Below the pieces are notes generated by a model, which saw nothing but the letters and a program-made list of their open reading frames with translations, had not been told where the DNA came from and did no database searches. From Cirrosporium novae-zelandiae (Eukaryota), in the NCBI GenBank assembly GCA_026023565.1, contig JAPETS010000031.1, positions 186,001 to 250,000 on the forward strand: a stretch of 64,000 bases of DNA, in the 5' to 3' direction. This document shows positions 1 to 11,743 of the stretch, in pieces; position 1 is the stretch's first letter, and each line of letters starts with the position of its first letter. The position numbers and the translations under genes were made by a program.

Positions 1-109
1 AGTATTAGTAAGTTCTTGATTTATCCAGTCAGCTCGACTCCAACTCCACCAGAGATAAAAAAGGGTAAAATTTCCATGATACCGTAACTACCCATGTCAT
101 ACCATGTCC

Positions 110-816
110 TTACTGCCCTGTGACAGTGGGTGGCTTATTCCAAGCTCGGAGCATTCGTCTTACGGCCTCTGTCCACTGAGAGACAAAGGTTGCTGTAAGC
201 TGGGAGATCTGGTTCGGAGTGGGGGTATGGCCTCCCCACATTGTTTGTTTTGCGGCTTGGATGCCTGCGTGTGTGGGTATGAGATTGCTGTTGTTGGGGG
301 GTTTGCCAACGGATTAGCGTTTGATGTGTCTTGGGGTTGCGTTGGATAAGTGAGGAGGAGGAGCTTACAGTTCTTCAATCTTCTTTAGGATCAACCATGC
401 GTAGTTCCAGCTCCTGGTGCTTGCGGGATCCTCCATAACGCGCAATTTTGCTTCGTCGAGGCACTCGGAGCTGAAGGGGTAGGTCCTGCTGAGACTTCGC
501 AGCTCGCTTAACATGCTGTTGGAATCGACGTAGTATCTCCAGGCGCTAGTCATGGGCTCGGTGATATCCGGGGTGTCGAAGGCGGCGAGTGTTCTCTCGA
601 TGCGGCAGAGTTCGCCGAGCGTATTGGCTTTGTGTTGGCGAAGGATGGTAATTAGTTGAGCCTTTGATTCCTATAGACTTGTTTGTTAGGAGATGTTGGA
701 ATTAAGGGGTTTCGTTCATGGTAGGAAATAGGTACATAGATGAAGCCAGGGTTGAGTTGGCTGGAAGAACTTGTAACGGTGTAACTAGAACTTGAACTTG
801 ATGTAGTTGGTGGCAT
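110..816 (-). CDS. Small conserved-looking fungal hypothetical protein (3 exons)
   Basis: Hand splicing gives a continuous frame: MPPTTS..GFIY | GTACCT intron with CTAAC..TAG | ESKAQLITILRQHKANTLGELCRIER..MTSAWRYYVDSNSML..WNYAWLILKKIEE | GTAAGC intron ..CAG | LNLIPTHAGIQAAKQTMWGG..EAVRRMLRAWNKPPTVTGQ* (TAA at 110-112). Confidence 0.7.
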
Positions 817-2868
817 TGTAGGGAGTCTTTTAGGCGTTCTTAGAATGGGTAGAAAGGGAATCCAAAAGATCAATTGGACACTTCCGAGAAGTTGGAAATG
901 TATCACAGCAGTGGAAGACAATAGCTTTAGATATAACGAAATGCTGGAGGAGTTCTCTGCTCACGATTCAGGGTGACGCCGTGCCGTTACCCGGAAGTTC
1001 GAAATCTTCAACACGGTGATAATGATTATGAGAGTAATCGACGGCTTGGAGGCAACGAGGAGGATAACGGAGAGGAGTGATATTGAGGTAATAAATGAAG
1101 AAGATAGTAAAAGTGTAACGTAAAAAGAAGAACTTGTATAATTGCAGAATACGGGAGGAACATCCCTATATAAACTTTCCGATACCATATACAGCCGCAA
1201 AAGTCTCTAAAACTATCACAGTCCTAGGATAGAGAATCACCCCTACAGAATGAAACAACAAAAGTATTTCGGTGAAATAAACGAGGCGATGTCCGTTGTC
1301 AGATCTCTCATCAGATGTAGAAATAGTACTACGATGCGTAGATCTTTGTAACAATCACGAGTAGATAGTAGATAGAGAAAACACCAAACTAACTATACGA
1401 AAATATTTAAACAAGGACACCGCCATGACGAGAAACGCCGCTGAGAATGGGGAAATTCAATCCTGAAATGCTATTTGCTATCTGCTAGTCTGAAACTATG
1501 CCTTAGATAGTTGAGGAGGAGAATAAATATGTCAGCCCAAAGCAAGAAAGTTGGTTGGACAGGGAAAGGCATGCTGTGCAGTGTAGAAGAGCAAGGGAAC
1601 TGTGGAGCAGCAGCTGGAAGAAGCCACAGTGATTACCTGATATTGCTGGATATAGTCCTCCAAGCCCAGGAAAAGACACGCGGGGCTGGAGTGTCGATCC
1701 CAAGAGTGCTGAAAGAGATGACCGATACTACAGTAACTAGCCACTTGGAAAGGAACATTAGATGGTGGGGATAGCAAACTAGACACGAAGGAGAACAAGG
1801 GACATCCCTTCATTATTGTGAGTGTAACTGGATACTGTGGAGTAACTGCAATCAAACGGTTAATAAGTAAATCTCAGGATACCAGGGAGAATAATTAAAA
1901 ATGTCTAGAAGAGGAGGATACGTTGTAACTGTTGTAGTCAGCATGATTAAGTCCAAGTCAGCATTAAGGATAGTTACCAGGCAAATTCCCAAGATCGGGT
2001 TTTGATTCGGGTGTTACAACGTCAATCAAGAGCCAGAAGACTTTAAGGTTGCATAGAAGTTTACAGGATACGAAAGTCCCACTAGGTGGTCTGGAAGTCT
2101 GAGTGGTTCAAGAGATCTACGAAGGATGCGAGATGGGAGTCAAAAATAACCTTAGCGGCTTGCCCAACAGCCTTCCGCCATTAAGCGATTAGTCTAATTA
2201 AGCGAGATCGCTTACTCGAATACACTCATTCACGTGCCGTCTTCAGGGGTTCTTCAGCTGCTATAGCCCTACACTCTAATTTATGATAATTATCCTGTTT
2301 CTTAAACCCTAATACATCACACTTTCAACAAATTGGATATGATACTGGTAGCGACGTTTCATCGTCATTTCATTACTTTTTCAATCATGGACTTTCTGAA
2401 TACCTGGCTATACTTTTCTCCAAGTAAAGCCTTTCAGCCCTTTCACATAATCACATTTTCAAGTTACATCCCTAGGTACACCAAGTACAATGGATCTAAG
2501 TCATGTCATTTTCAGTTCTTCACAATACGTTGGCTTTACCATTCCTTTGTTTGGCTCCAAGGTTCCCGTTTGCGGGAATATGTACAAGAATTAAGACCCT
2601 GCCTTGATCTTTTCAACAAAGAACATAATGAATACTTATTTTGAGAGATATGTGTCGACTGCTTATAATAGTGATATTGCTAATAGCCTTAAGTGTGCAC
2701 GCTTTCTCTACTCCTTCGTAATAATTATATCACGGAAAACTTATATCAGCTAGAAGAATTTGACCGTTGTTCTTGAGTTGTACGTCTTAATTTGTATGGT
2801 CTCTCTTAATACTATTTGTTCAGAGCGACTATTATATTTACTACTTATATCGAAAAGGGGCTTCAGCC

Positions 2869-4979
2869 ATGGCCAATGTAAGTCCATATACTTTCTTATA
2901 TCTTTACAATTGCATTAGTCCCAGTCAAGCTTACATATTTGCTAGTACGCCTTTGCCACGAACTGGAAAGGAAAGCCAGAAGATGGGAAAGCACCGAGAG
3001 GCCTGAAGAACGAATTAGGTTACCAATGTTACCGAAACTCGTTTCTTCAAGTCTTGATGAACTTACTAGGGTAGGCTTATAATTCATAATATTCGACTGG
3101 TTGATAACAAGTCTATCAAACATGTGAACCTAATATGCTGATATATTAAACCGTTCCAGATTTGTTAACATGGTTAAATATAAACATGCCCAGCAAGATT
3201 GCGCTGACAATTCTAAATGGTGTATGACATGTGCTCTTGGAAATTTGGCTACAGCCTACTGGGGACCAGCAAAAGAAACCCAACTAGACAAGGCTCTGCA
3301 GAGCTTCTGGATATATTGTAATCACATGAACTGGGCCTATGATAACGAACGAGAACACTAAGATGTTGATGAATTTTGGCAGTTTATTTGGGCATTGTTA
3401 GACAAGAGGTAGGTCTAATCTCTCGGAGTTAGTACCTCAAAAATTTATCGATAGACTCTTTATTGATAAGAGCAGCGACCAGAATAGGCAAGATTTTGCA
3501 CGCATGTTTGTTTGGAATGGTGTGGCCGAAGTCACATGTTTTAATTGCCAACGAACGAATCGCCCTTCTGGAAGAGGGAGATTTATTTCCCTTCAGCTCC
3601 ATTTGTCAAAGGGGGCACAGGATCTTCGTGACCTCTTTGATAATTTTTTTAATGTTAATGGTACAGGGGAGGTGGAGGCTGAATGTGAATGCACTCCTAG
3701 AACCAGAACCAATACCCCTAAATATGTTAAGAAGACGAGAAAGATTTTTCTCGAAACGGAGGATAATGCACCGAAATACTTGACGGTCGTTCTAACTAGA
3801 TTCAGTTACAACCCAAAGGTCGGAGAGTCAGAGAAAAACGACATGTATGTAAATATTCCTGACAACCTGGACCTTAGTGAACACTTGGGTGGAAAAATGA
3901 AGCTTCAGTATACGCTTAGATCGATCATTAACCATAGCGGGGGATTGACAGCCGGACACTACACCAGTACTGTTCTTGGGCCTGATAGGAATTAGTGGGA
4001 AATGAATGATTTAATTGCTAACCAGACATCGTTAGAGGAAGCCAAGAATACCCAGGGGTTTACCCCATATATTCTACTCTATGATAAAAGAGAAGAAGAG
4101 GAGACCGAAATTCCAAGGTTAAGGAGACGAAAATCGACACAAAGGAAAGAGAAAAGCCGTACTGATGATCTCGATGATGTAGATAATATTGTTGAAGATA
4201 AAAAAGATATCGAAGGAGGTGTTGGAGATGACAGTGAATATATTGACGAAGAAGATAGTGATGATACCGAGGGTACGTCTTTAATTATACTATCAAATCA
4301 ATATAGTATAAATACTATTGGAGATGAGGAAAATTCCGAAGAGGATAAAGATACCGAGGGCGATGAAGATAGCGATTATGAATATATCGAAGAAGAAGAC
4401 GATGATATTGAGGAAGAAAATATTGAAGACGATGACATTAAACATGATGATATAGAAGATGATGAGATTGAGGATGCGTCCTTGGCAATATCAAACCAAC
4501 TAGCAAGGAAAAGAAAAAGAAATCCCCCGATAAATAATCCACCGCCTCGTCTGCCTAGGTGGAAAAAGAAACCTCCCCCGGAAGATATCGAAGAGTTTCC
4601 TCCAACGCCAGAGAAATCATCGAGTAGAGCACAAGATAATAGCGGTAATAGAGTTGTGAGAGCCACACCACTTTCGCGTCAGCGGCGGAAAAAGAAAAGT
4701 CCTGCGGACGATATCGAGGAGTTTCCCTCAACGCCGGAGAAATCGTCGAGTAGAGTACAAAGGGATCGCGGTAGTATAGTCGTGAGAGCTACACCACTTC
4801 CACATCAGCAGCAGAAAAAGAAAAGCCCTCCTGATGATATTGAAGAGTTTACCCCAACACCAGAAAAGGTATTGCCATGCCCGCATCGGTCTCAACAGAA
4901 CAAGGAAACCACTCGCCGGGACGATATTGAGGAGTTTTCCCCATCACCGGCGAAGAAAGGAGGTAGGGGTTGGAAATAG
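2869..4979 (+). pseudogene. Ubiquitin-specific protease (peptidase C19) gene with two premature stops and an acidic, repetitive tail
   Basis: ATG 2869; introns 2878-2945, 3071-3159 and 3409-3454 keep the frame. Cys box GLKNELGYQCYRNSFLQVL (Cys 3027-3029); QDxxEF box read as EH*DVDEF (TAA 3359-3361); fingers CFNC..CEC; His box HSGGLTAGHY..*WEMND (TAG 3993-3995); then PYILLY. Confidence 0.85.
4584..4955 (+). repeat. Coding tandem repeat, 126-bp (42-aa) units with core DIEEF(P/T/S)x(T/S)P(E/A)K
   Basis: GATAT(C/T)GA(A/G)GAGTTT cores start at 4584, 4710, 4836 (126-bp spacing) and 4923 (truncated unit). Confidence 0.9.
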
Positions 4980-5639
4980 TAGAAATAATGGCTAGGTTCA
5001 TCATGGGTGACGGCCTGAGGTTTGCTGATGGTAAAAATGAAGAGTAAAGGCATGTCCGACTAGAAATATGCACTAGGTATAATTATTTCCATTTGGATAT
5101 CAAAAATATGAAATTTGTACTGTACCTATGTGGTCTAATACCTCTACATCGGAGTACTCGGAATTAAGGCTCGGAGAATCGGGAATACAAGATCCAAACA
5201 ATGCCAAGATAAGATCGATTACGAGTATTCATAAATCTTATCTGATCTCTGGGGAGTAGAGCAGGTGCTACTTAACGGGCCACCCCTCGGCCCATCCAGA
5301 AGTCAACTCTCTTCAAGATTACGGTACCTTATTGATTCTTACCTCCGTGCCGCCTAGACTCCGACTTTAGGAAATCAAGGCGGAGAGTCCATGCTGCATC
5401 TACATCCTTTTTCGTTGCTTTTAATACACCATGGATAATAAATACTAATACCTATTATCAGATCAGCGATTGATGCTTTTTGAATCTTCACTGTATGCCT
5501 CCTACAACTCTCAGTCTTGTCCTGATGCTGACATGATAATTATAGCTCTGCGCCCTCCCTAGCAATATCTTGGATGCCCGTTTAAAGCCTCTACCAACCT
5601 TTGTAACCTTCCTAGAGAATCGTACCTTATCTATCAAGA

Positions 5640-7467
5640 ATGGGGACCCCCAACGGCTTTGGCTCGCGTCGGAAATCGTCAACTCCCCATTACCAGACTT
5701 TCCCTACATCACCTCCAAAGTCCAAAGGTGCGCCACGCGCAGAATCGCAAGAGGATGATCCGCTGATCGACCCCTCCTCCAACTCTCATGAGTCTTACCA
5801 TACACCCTTACCGACGAAGCAACTGGCTATCCTGGCCATTATTGCCCTCGCTGAACAGACCGCCCTTAATTCTATCAGTCCCTATTTGCCAGACATGGCA
5901 TCTACTTTTCCCGAGGTCGATCCAGAACAGGTTGGGGTGGATGTTGGTACAATTGCTTCTGCGTTCGCCTTGGCTCAGTTTGCCACAAACTTTTTCTGGG
6001 GTTGGTTGTCGGATCGAGTTGGTCGGAAACCTGTAATTCTTACCGGAACCCTCCTGACTGCGGCCTGCTTTGTAGCATTTGGCTTTTGTAGGACTCTATG
6101 GCAAGCAATTGTGATTCAAGCCCTCATGGGTCTAGTGAATGGAAACCAAGGGGTTGTGTCTACCTGTCTTGGAGAGATTACAGATCGAAGCAATCAGTCC
6201 AAAGCTTTTCAATATCTACCCGTCATATACGGAATTGGGGGAATCACCGGACCTATTATGGGTGGATTATTGGTTTTCAGTCGGAATCCATTCAACAGAA
6301 GCGAGCCTAACCCATATCCATATTTACTTCCAAATTTGGTATCTGCAGCAATACTCATTGTTGACTTGATTATTGCAATGCTATATCTGGAAGAGAGCCT
6401 CGAAGAAGCAAGATCGCTTCCACCTTTGGGCCGAAGAATCTCGAGTTTATTTGCCTGGTTATGGCAGTTCACCAGTTCAACGCGGCCAAACTACATGCGC
6501 ATTGCTCGTCGCAGGCATTGGATAAGTTCTCGGAAGGCCCGGAGGAGTTCTACTGAAACTGCTACTATAGATGGTAGCTATGATGACGATGATGATGTAG
6601 ATGATAACTCGGACGAGTCCTCAGCTTCGCCCGACCAGGTATCTCTTTCAAACATGCTTCCTCATCAAGTCGAACATTTAACAAGCAAAGAAGTCCTCAA
6701 CCGCGATACCATTTTACTCCTGGTTACTTATCTAATTTTCCAGCTCTCCAATGTCTCTTATAATTCCCTTTACCCTATCTTTGCTCAGGCACCGCCACCA
6801 ACGGGGCGCAGTTTGTCTCCGCAAGAGATTGGGCTCTCGTTGGCATTTGCAGGTCTTGTTACCATTTTATTTCAAGTAGGGATCTTCGGAAAACTTCGAG
6901 AACAATTGGGAAACAAAGCTACGTATAGGGTTGGCTTTGGTGGATTTGTCATTGCATATATGATGATGCCCTGGGTAGGTTATAAAGACCCAGATTCAGG
7001 TACTGCGGGTATGTCGGTGGGAAAGCTTTGGCTGTGGATTGAATTGGGGGTGGTCTTACTTATCAAGACTGTTGCGGCCGTTGGGGGTTTGACAAGTGCT
7101 CTTTTACTTGTAAGTCTCCCTTGCCCAGACCCGAATTTGGGCATATATACATTATTTTCCTGCTAAAGATTTGAAGATTACCAATTCCGCGCCTGATCAC
7201 GCTGTTCTTGGTACTCTTAATGGTCTAGCACAGACCCTCTCAGCGGCGGGGCGTGCAGTTGGACCATTCCTGTCTGGTGGGCTTTTCACTATTGCAACCA
7301 AAGTAAAGCCCAAGGGTGAGGCACTTGCGTTCGGTGTCTTTGGTGGCATCTCATTCATCGGTCTCCTAATGAGCTTTGGCATCCGAGGCGAGGAACTTGA
7401 AGCTGAATGGGACGAAGAGAATGAGAGTGAAGGCTCAGAGAATGAAGGAGATGGAGGAAATGTCTAG
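5640..7467 (+). CDS. Major facilitator superfamily transporter (12-TM, DHA1/ZIFL-like)
   Basis: MFS motif A WGWLSDRVGRKP and many TM helices. The intron 7110-7176 (GTAAGT..GCTAA..AAG) joins ORFs 5640 and 7171 (ITNSAPDHAVLGTLNGLAQTLSAAGRAVGP). Confidence 0.9.
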
Positions 7468-7767
7468 CATGAAGATGAAAAGCCGAGAAGAGTAATAATT
7501 GTTAATTATCGATTGTCGAAGTGCTGGTGGCCCGAGAATCGATATTCGAGTATAAATAATCTACTTGAAAGAGTAAGTTTAGATGAGGTTCCACCTTTGC
7601 TTGATCTGTCTGTACTTGTATAAATCCATGTACAGTAATTGGAAGTATCCAAGAAAATCGCCTATTGATTTTTGCGCCCAACAATACATTTATTTCCTTG
7701 ACAATAATCAAATGATTGAGGTGCAAGTTTCCTCGTTGGACAATTTCTGCACTATACAACTCTGAAA

Positions 7768-9706
7768 ATGATCTACCTCCCTCCTCTCAGACGATTCCTT
7801 TTGCCTTCGTTGATATTATTAGCAATCATCCTTATCCGCCGATTGCATGTCAACTATTTAATCGCCCTCACTTCTTTTCGTCCTTATAATACTGCGAACC
7901 ATGTAGAAGGTATTCGCATACCCTATAAGGACTGGAAACAGCATAGTTTACCTATTCGGGACCCATCTGAGAATCATTTATCTCCACCAAATCACTACTT
8001 CTACACGTATGATGAAGATGACTTACTTGGTGGCGACAATGCTTCCTCAACAACAGCCATCTGGTCAAAACCAGCACTAAATCCTGCAATGGGGATGCTG
8101 TTCCAATGTTATGCTTCACCTAACAAGTACACCAACGCCATTCGACTCCCCAACATCCTCCGGAACATATCAATGACGGTTCCAGGGAGCCTTCAGAAAG
8201 ATAATAGAATCTTTTGGAATCCCACCATCATCTCATTGCCATACTGGTCCGAAAATCAATATCTCCTTGTCAGCAGGATCATCACCGATGGCTTCTATCA
8301 AGAGAATGTGCTGTGCGAAGCCAACATCTGCTATAATTCCCGTGAATACAAGAGGGATGGCGAGCTGCCATGCACTGAAGACGATATTGAGTATCTTGGA
8401 GGAGCAGGTGGATTGAGATGCGTGACCGAGCCGATTCCGCTCCGAGTCCCTCCTACGCCTGCCGAGCATTGTGAAGGGCGGCACCAGTTTTTTAGTGAGA
8501 TTCCAGGCTTCGTGAGACCTCCGATCCAAAGTTATAGTCTTATAGGCATCAAAAGGGGTCGCTAACTGCGCATAGCATGACCCTAGGATCTTTTGGAGTG
8601 GCAAGGGGGAGCCGCTAATGATGGTAAATACACAGTAGGTCTATCATAACCATACTCAGCAAAAAGAAATCTTCAAAGCACAATGATCTCTAAATCTCCA
8701 CTTACTAACAATTCACCCCCTCAGATCAAGATACGCCTGCTTTGGCCTCTGGTTAATCGACCTCCGAACCCTCCACCCACCCCTCGCCCGCCTGCTATCC
8801 TCCGACCCAACCTTCCCATCCCTCGGCCCCCTAATGTCCTACCCCACCCTCACCGAACTCACCCGCAACCCAGCATCCACGCGCCACAACATAGAGAAAA
8901 ACTGGTGTCTATTCTTCTCCGGCTCGCAGAGCCACATCCAGTACGAAGTCTCCCCGCAAGTTCGCACCTTTGCAAAGCTAATCGGAAACGGCTTCACGAC
9001 CCCTAACCTCACCGATCCCCTCGAGCGGCCCTGTCTCCAGCAAAACGACACGCACGACGATGACGAGTCCCGCGGTGGGGGGGAGGGAGGCACCTGGCAC
9101 CAGGCTACGAATTCCCTTCAGCTTGTCCTATGCAACAGGCACGATCCTAGGTGCAAGCCGAGTCGGAACAACACTGTTTTCTTCGCTGTGGTGCACCGGA
9201 AATTCGGAAATGTACTCGGATTGCCCATGAGATATGAACGGTACTTTATCGTGTGGTTAGCTACTCCGCCATTTAGCATGCTAGGGGTTTCGAGATATCC
9301 CATTCTCTTCCGGAACGAAACCTTGAGTGGCTGGAGCGCTGAGGAAAATTGGGATGATGATAATAGTAATAACAATCACCCTCAACCTCCCCACCTCCAC
9401 TCTCAAATCCAGACCCCCAACAACAGCAACATGCCCAACCGGCCCATCCCCACCTACAAAAACACCACAACCCACTCCCACTCTCACCCCCAGCCGCAAC
9501 CCCCCCTCTGGTCCCCCTTCACCTACACAGTAAGTATATCCTGGGCCTTTGGCCGCCCCCACGACTCTCCACAAACAAAAAACTCAGGATACCTAGACGA
9601 CAACGTGGTCGTGAGTATCGGGGTTGAGGACGAGGGACAGGTAGTTGGGATTGCGAGGGCGGCGGAACTGTTGGTGTGTTTGAGGGGGTGTTTGGGGAGG
9701 AGGTAG
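7768..9706 (+). CDS. Type II membrane protein resembling beta-1,2-mannosyltransferases (Bmt/GT91-like)
   Basis: Short N-terminal TM anchor; introns ~8512-8576 and ~8636-8724. Spliced motifs FWNPTI, GFHDPRIFW, IEKNWCLFF, RYERYF and GYLDDNVVVSIGVED resemble the DPR/EKNW motifs of Bmt-type propeller enzymes. The gene is solid; the family call is tentative. Confidence 0.55.
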
Positions 9707-10739
9707 TAAAGGGGTGGTGGGGAAAACTAGTTAGCTAGCTAGATAGGACAGGGCAGGCCTATAGATAGGTGGATAAATAAATAAATATAGATGGGGTTGA
9801 ATGTACTGTACTTTGAATAAAATTAATTGTGCATGTATGCGTGTATAGGTGGATACCTAGGTATAGATATATATAAACCTCCCAACCTCAATAATAGCCG
9901 TAATTAATAACAGTTCAATCCAACCAAATAAGGTAGATAGATGGGTCTTCTCCATCCATAAATTCGTGAATTCATAAACCCGTAATCTCCTCAGCCCCTA
10001 TCTACCTATTCTACCATACCAATACCCATACCCATCCACCTACCATCTAGCTCCCAAACTCCTAAATCCCTGATATCCCATCCCCATTACCATCCCCATT
10101 CCTTATTCCAAATTTTCCTTTTCTTGGAAATTTGATAAAAGGGGGTTTGGGGTCTAGGTTGATAGAGGATTTCGTTGGTGCGGTGGAGAAGTTCTTCTCC
10201 TTTCTCTTCTCGTGGGTTGTTGTTTGCGGAAGGTTGGAAGCTTGAGGCGGAGGAGGGGGGTGCTATTCCCCCTTTTTATATAACCTAGCCATAATTCAGA
10301 TTTGGGATTTCTTTGGCCCGAGGATATATTATTTTTCTTCATCTTCTTCTCTCGTTTGTGGAATTTGGTGATGGATGGATGGATGGATGGTTATGCGTAT
10401 GCATATCTGTAATCAAGAAGAAGACATACTCGTGTTTGGGATTGGAGTTTGGGTCTTGGATCTTGGGTTTTGGGTGGTAGGTAGCATGCTGTTTCTCTTT
10501 CTGTTTCGGAGGTGAGTGGATGTGTTAAGGATGCTTGGAGGTAGAGGGAGAGAGGAGGAGGGGGATTGTATACCTTTCAAGAAGCGCTGATTTTACTTGA
10601 GAGTAGTCCAGTCCATAGTCCATGTAGGCTGTAGCGCTCATATACCACCACTGTAGAACAAAAGTGTCCCATTAGCAGATAGCCCCACGTATCCATCCAT
10701 CCATCTCATTATCATTACTATAACACCACCACAACGTCT

Positions 10740-11489
10740 TCATAGCCTCCTCACCATAACCACCGCAGGTTGCCTAGGCCGGATATTGAACCCGGTCGGA
10801 AAACCCTTCGCCTTGGGATTTAAATTCTGAAACACCAATCCCTGAATCACCGTCTGACAATCCGCAATTACTTCCTCCCTCTTGCCCTCCCTCTTACAAC
10901 TAAGCAGCGCCCTCCCGCTGGGTGGAAAGATAAGTAGATCCAAACTTCCTCTGATGTAATCAATTCCCTTTCTTAACGGCCGGCCCACCTTCTGACTCTG
11001 ACTCTGACTCTGACTCTGACTCTCTTTTCCTAGATCTAGATCCCTCCTCCTCCGTCTCCACCCCCCGTTTCCCCCCCCCAACCCCAACCCCAACCCCAAC
11101 CTCCTCCCCTCCTCATCCCACCCCTCCCTCCTCAACGCCTCCAAAAACGCACTTCTCAAAATCCGCTTCGCCTCCTTCCTTATCACAGCTTTCGGCCCCG
11201 CCCACGTATTCGACACCGCCCCCCACCACAGCGTTTGCTGGTCCCTATTCTCTAGCCGCTCCTTGCATTGGTAGAACAGCGGGTGCGATGCTTTCGTTAA
11301 GATTTTGAGCGCTGGATCGGCGGGGATCGGGTCTGGGTGGTATCGCGCCACGCCTATGTATTTGGAGCCTCGGCAGCGCGCTTTCGGGTAGTGGAATCGT
11401 ACGGTTGTGTAGGGTGGGGCTTGGGAGAGGTCGCGGAGCCATTGGGCGATGGGGGTGAGGTTTTGGGGGCGTGGGAGGGAGGGGCGCAT
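10740..11489 (-). CDS. Basic hypothetical protein with an RnpA (RNase P protein)-like motif, possibly mitochondrial
   Basis: Likely ATG at 11489 (ACAATG context); Arg-rich, acid-poor N-terminus; core TLWWGAVSNTWAGPKAVIRKEAKRILRSAFLEALRREGWDEEG. Confidence 0.55.
   Translation of the reverse strand: MRPSLPRPQNLTPIAQWLRDLSQAPPYTTVRFHYPKARCRGSKYIGVARYHPDPIPADPALKILTKASHPLFYQCKERLENRDQQTLWWGAVSNTWAGPKAVIRKEAKRILRSAFLEALRREGWDEEGRRLGLGLGLGGGNGGWRRRRRDLDLGKESQSQSQSQSQKVGRPLRKGIDYIRGSLDLLIFPPSGRALLSCKREGKREEVIADCQTVIQGLVFQNLNPKAKGFPTGFNIRPRQPAVVMVRRL
10993..11023. repeat. (TGACTC)n hexamer microsatellite inside the CDS (QSQSQSQSQ)
   Basis: Directly visible run tgactctgactctgactc... Confidence 0.9.
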
Positions 11490-11743
11490 TGTTGCGGTGG
11501 TGGTGGGGTTGTTGTGTGGGGGATCATTATGTGTGGGACGTAGTAGTGGGTGAAGGGTTGTATAGATATATCGGTTGGTCTCGGTATCGGCATCGGAAGC
11601 TGAGCTCGGTGGTTCTGTTGCCGACTTGGGACGGAACACGGAAATGAGTGAACAGGCTTGCTTTCTACATTATATAACTTGTTAACTTCTAACAACCAAA
11701 TTATATTAAAAACGGATATTTCGTTTATTACATATCATATATC

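Noticed and set aside
4584..4955. Regularly spaced repeats as a CRISPR-like array
   Set aside because: The spacers are homologous to each other and in frame; this is a coding tandem repeat in a eukaryote.
900..5200. Intact transposon or Starship element
   Set aside because: No transposase, RT or tyrosine-recombinase motifs and no terminal repeats could be seen.
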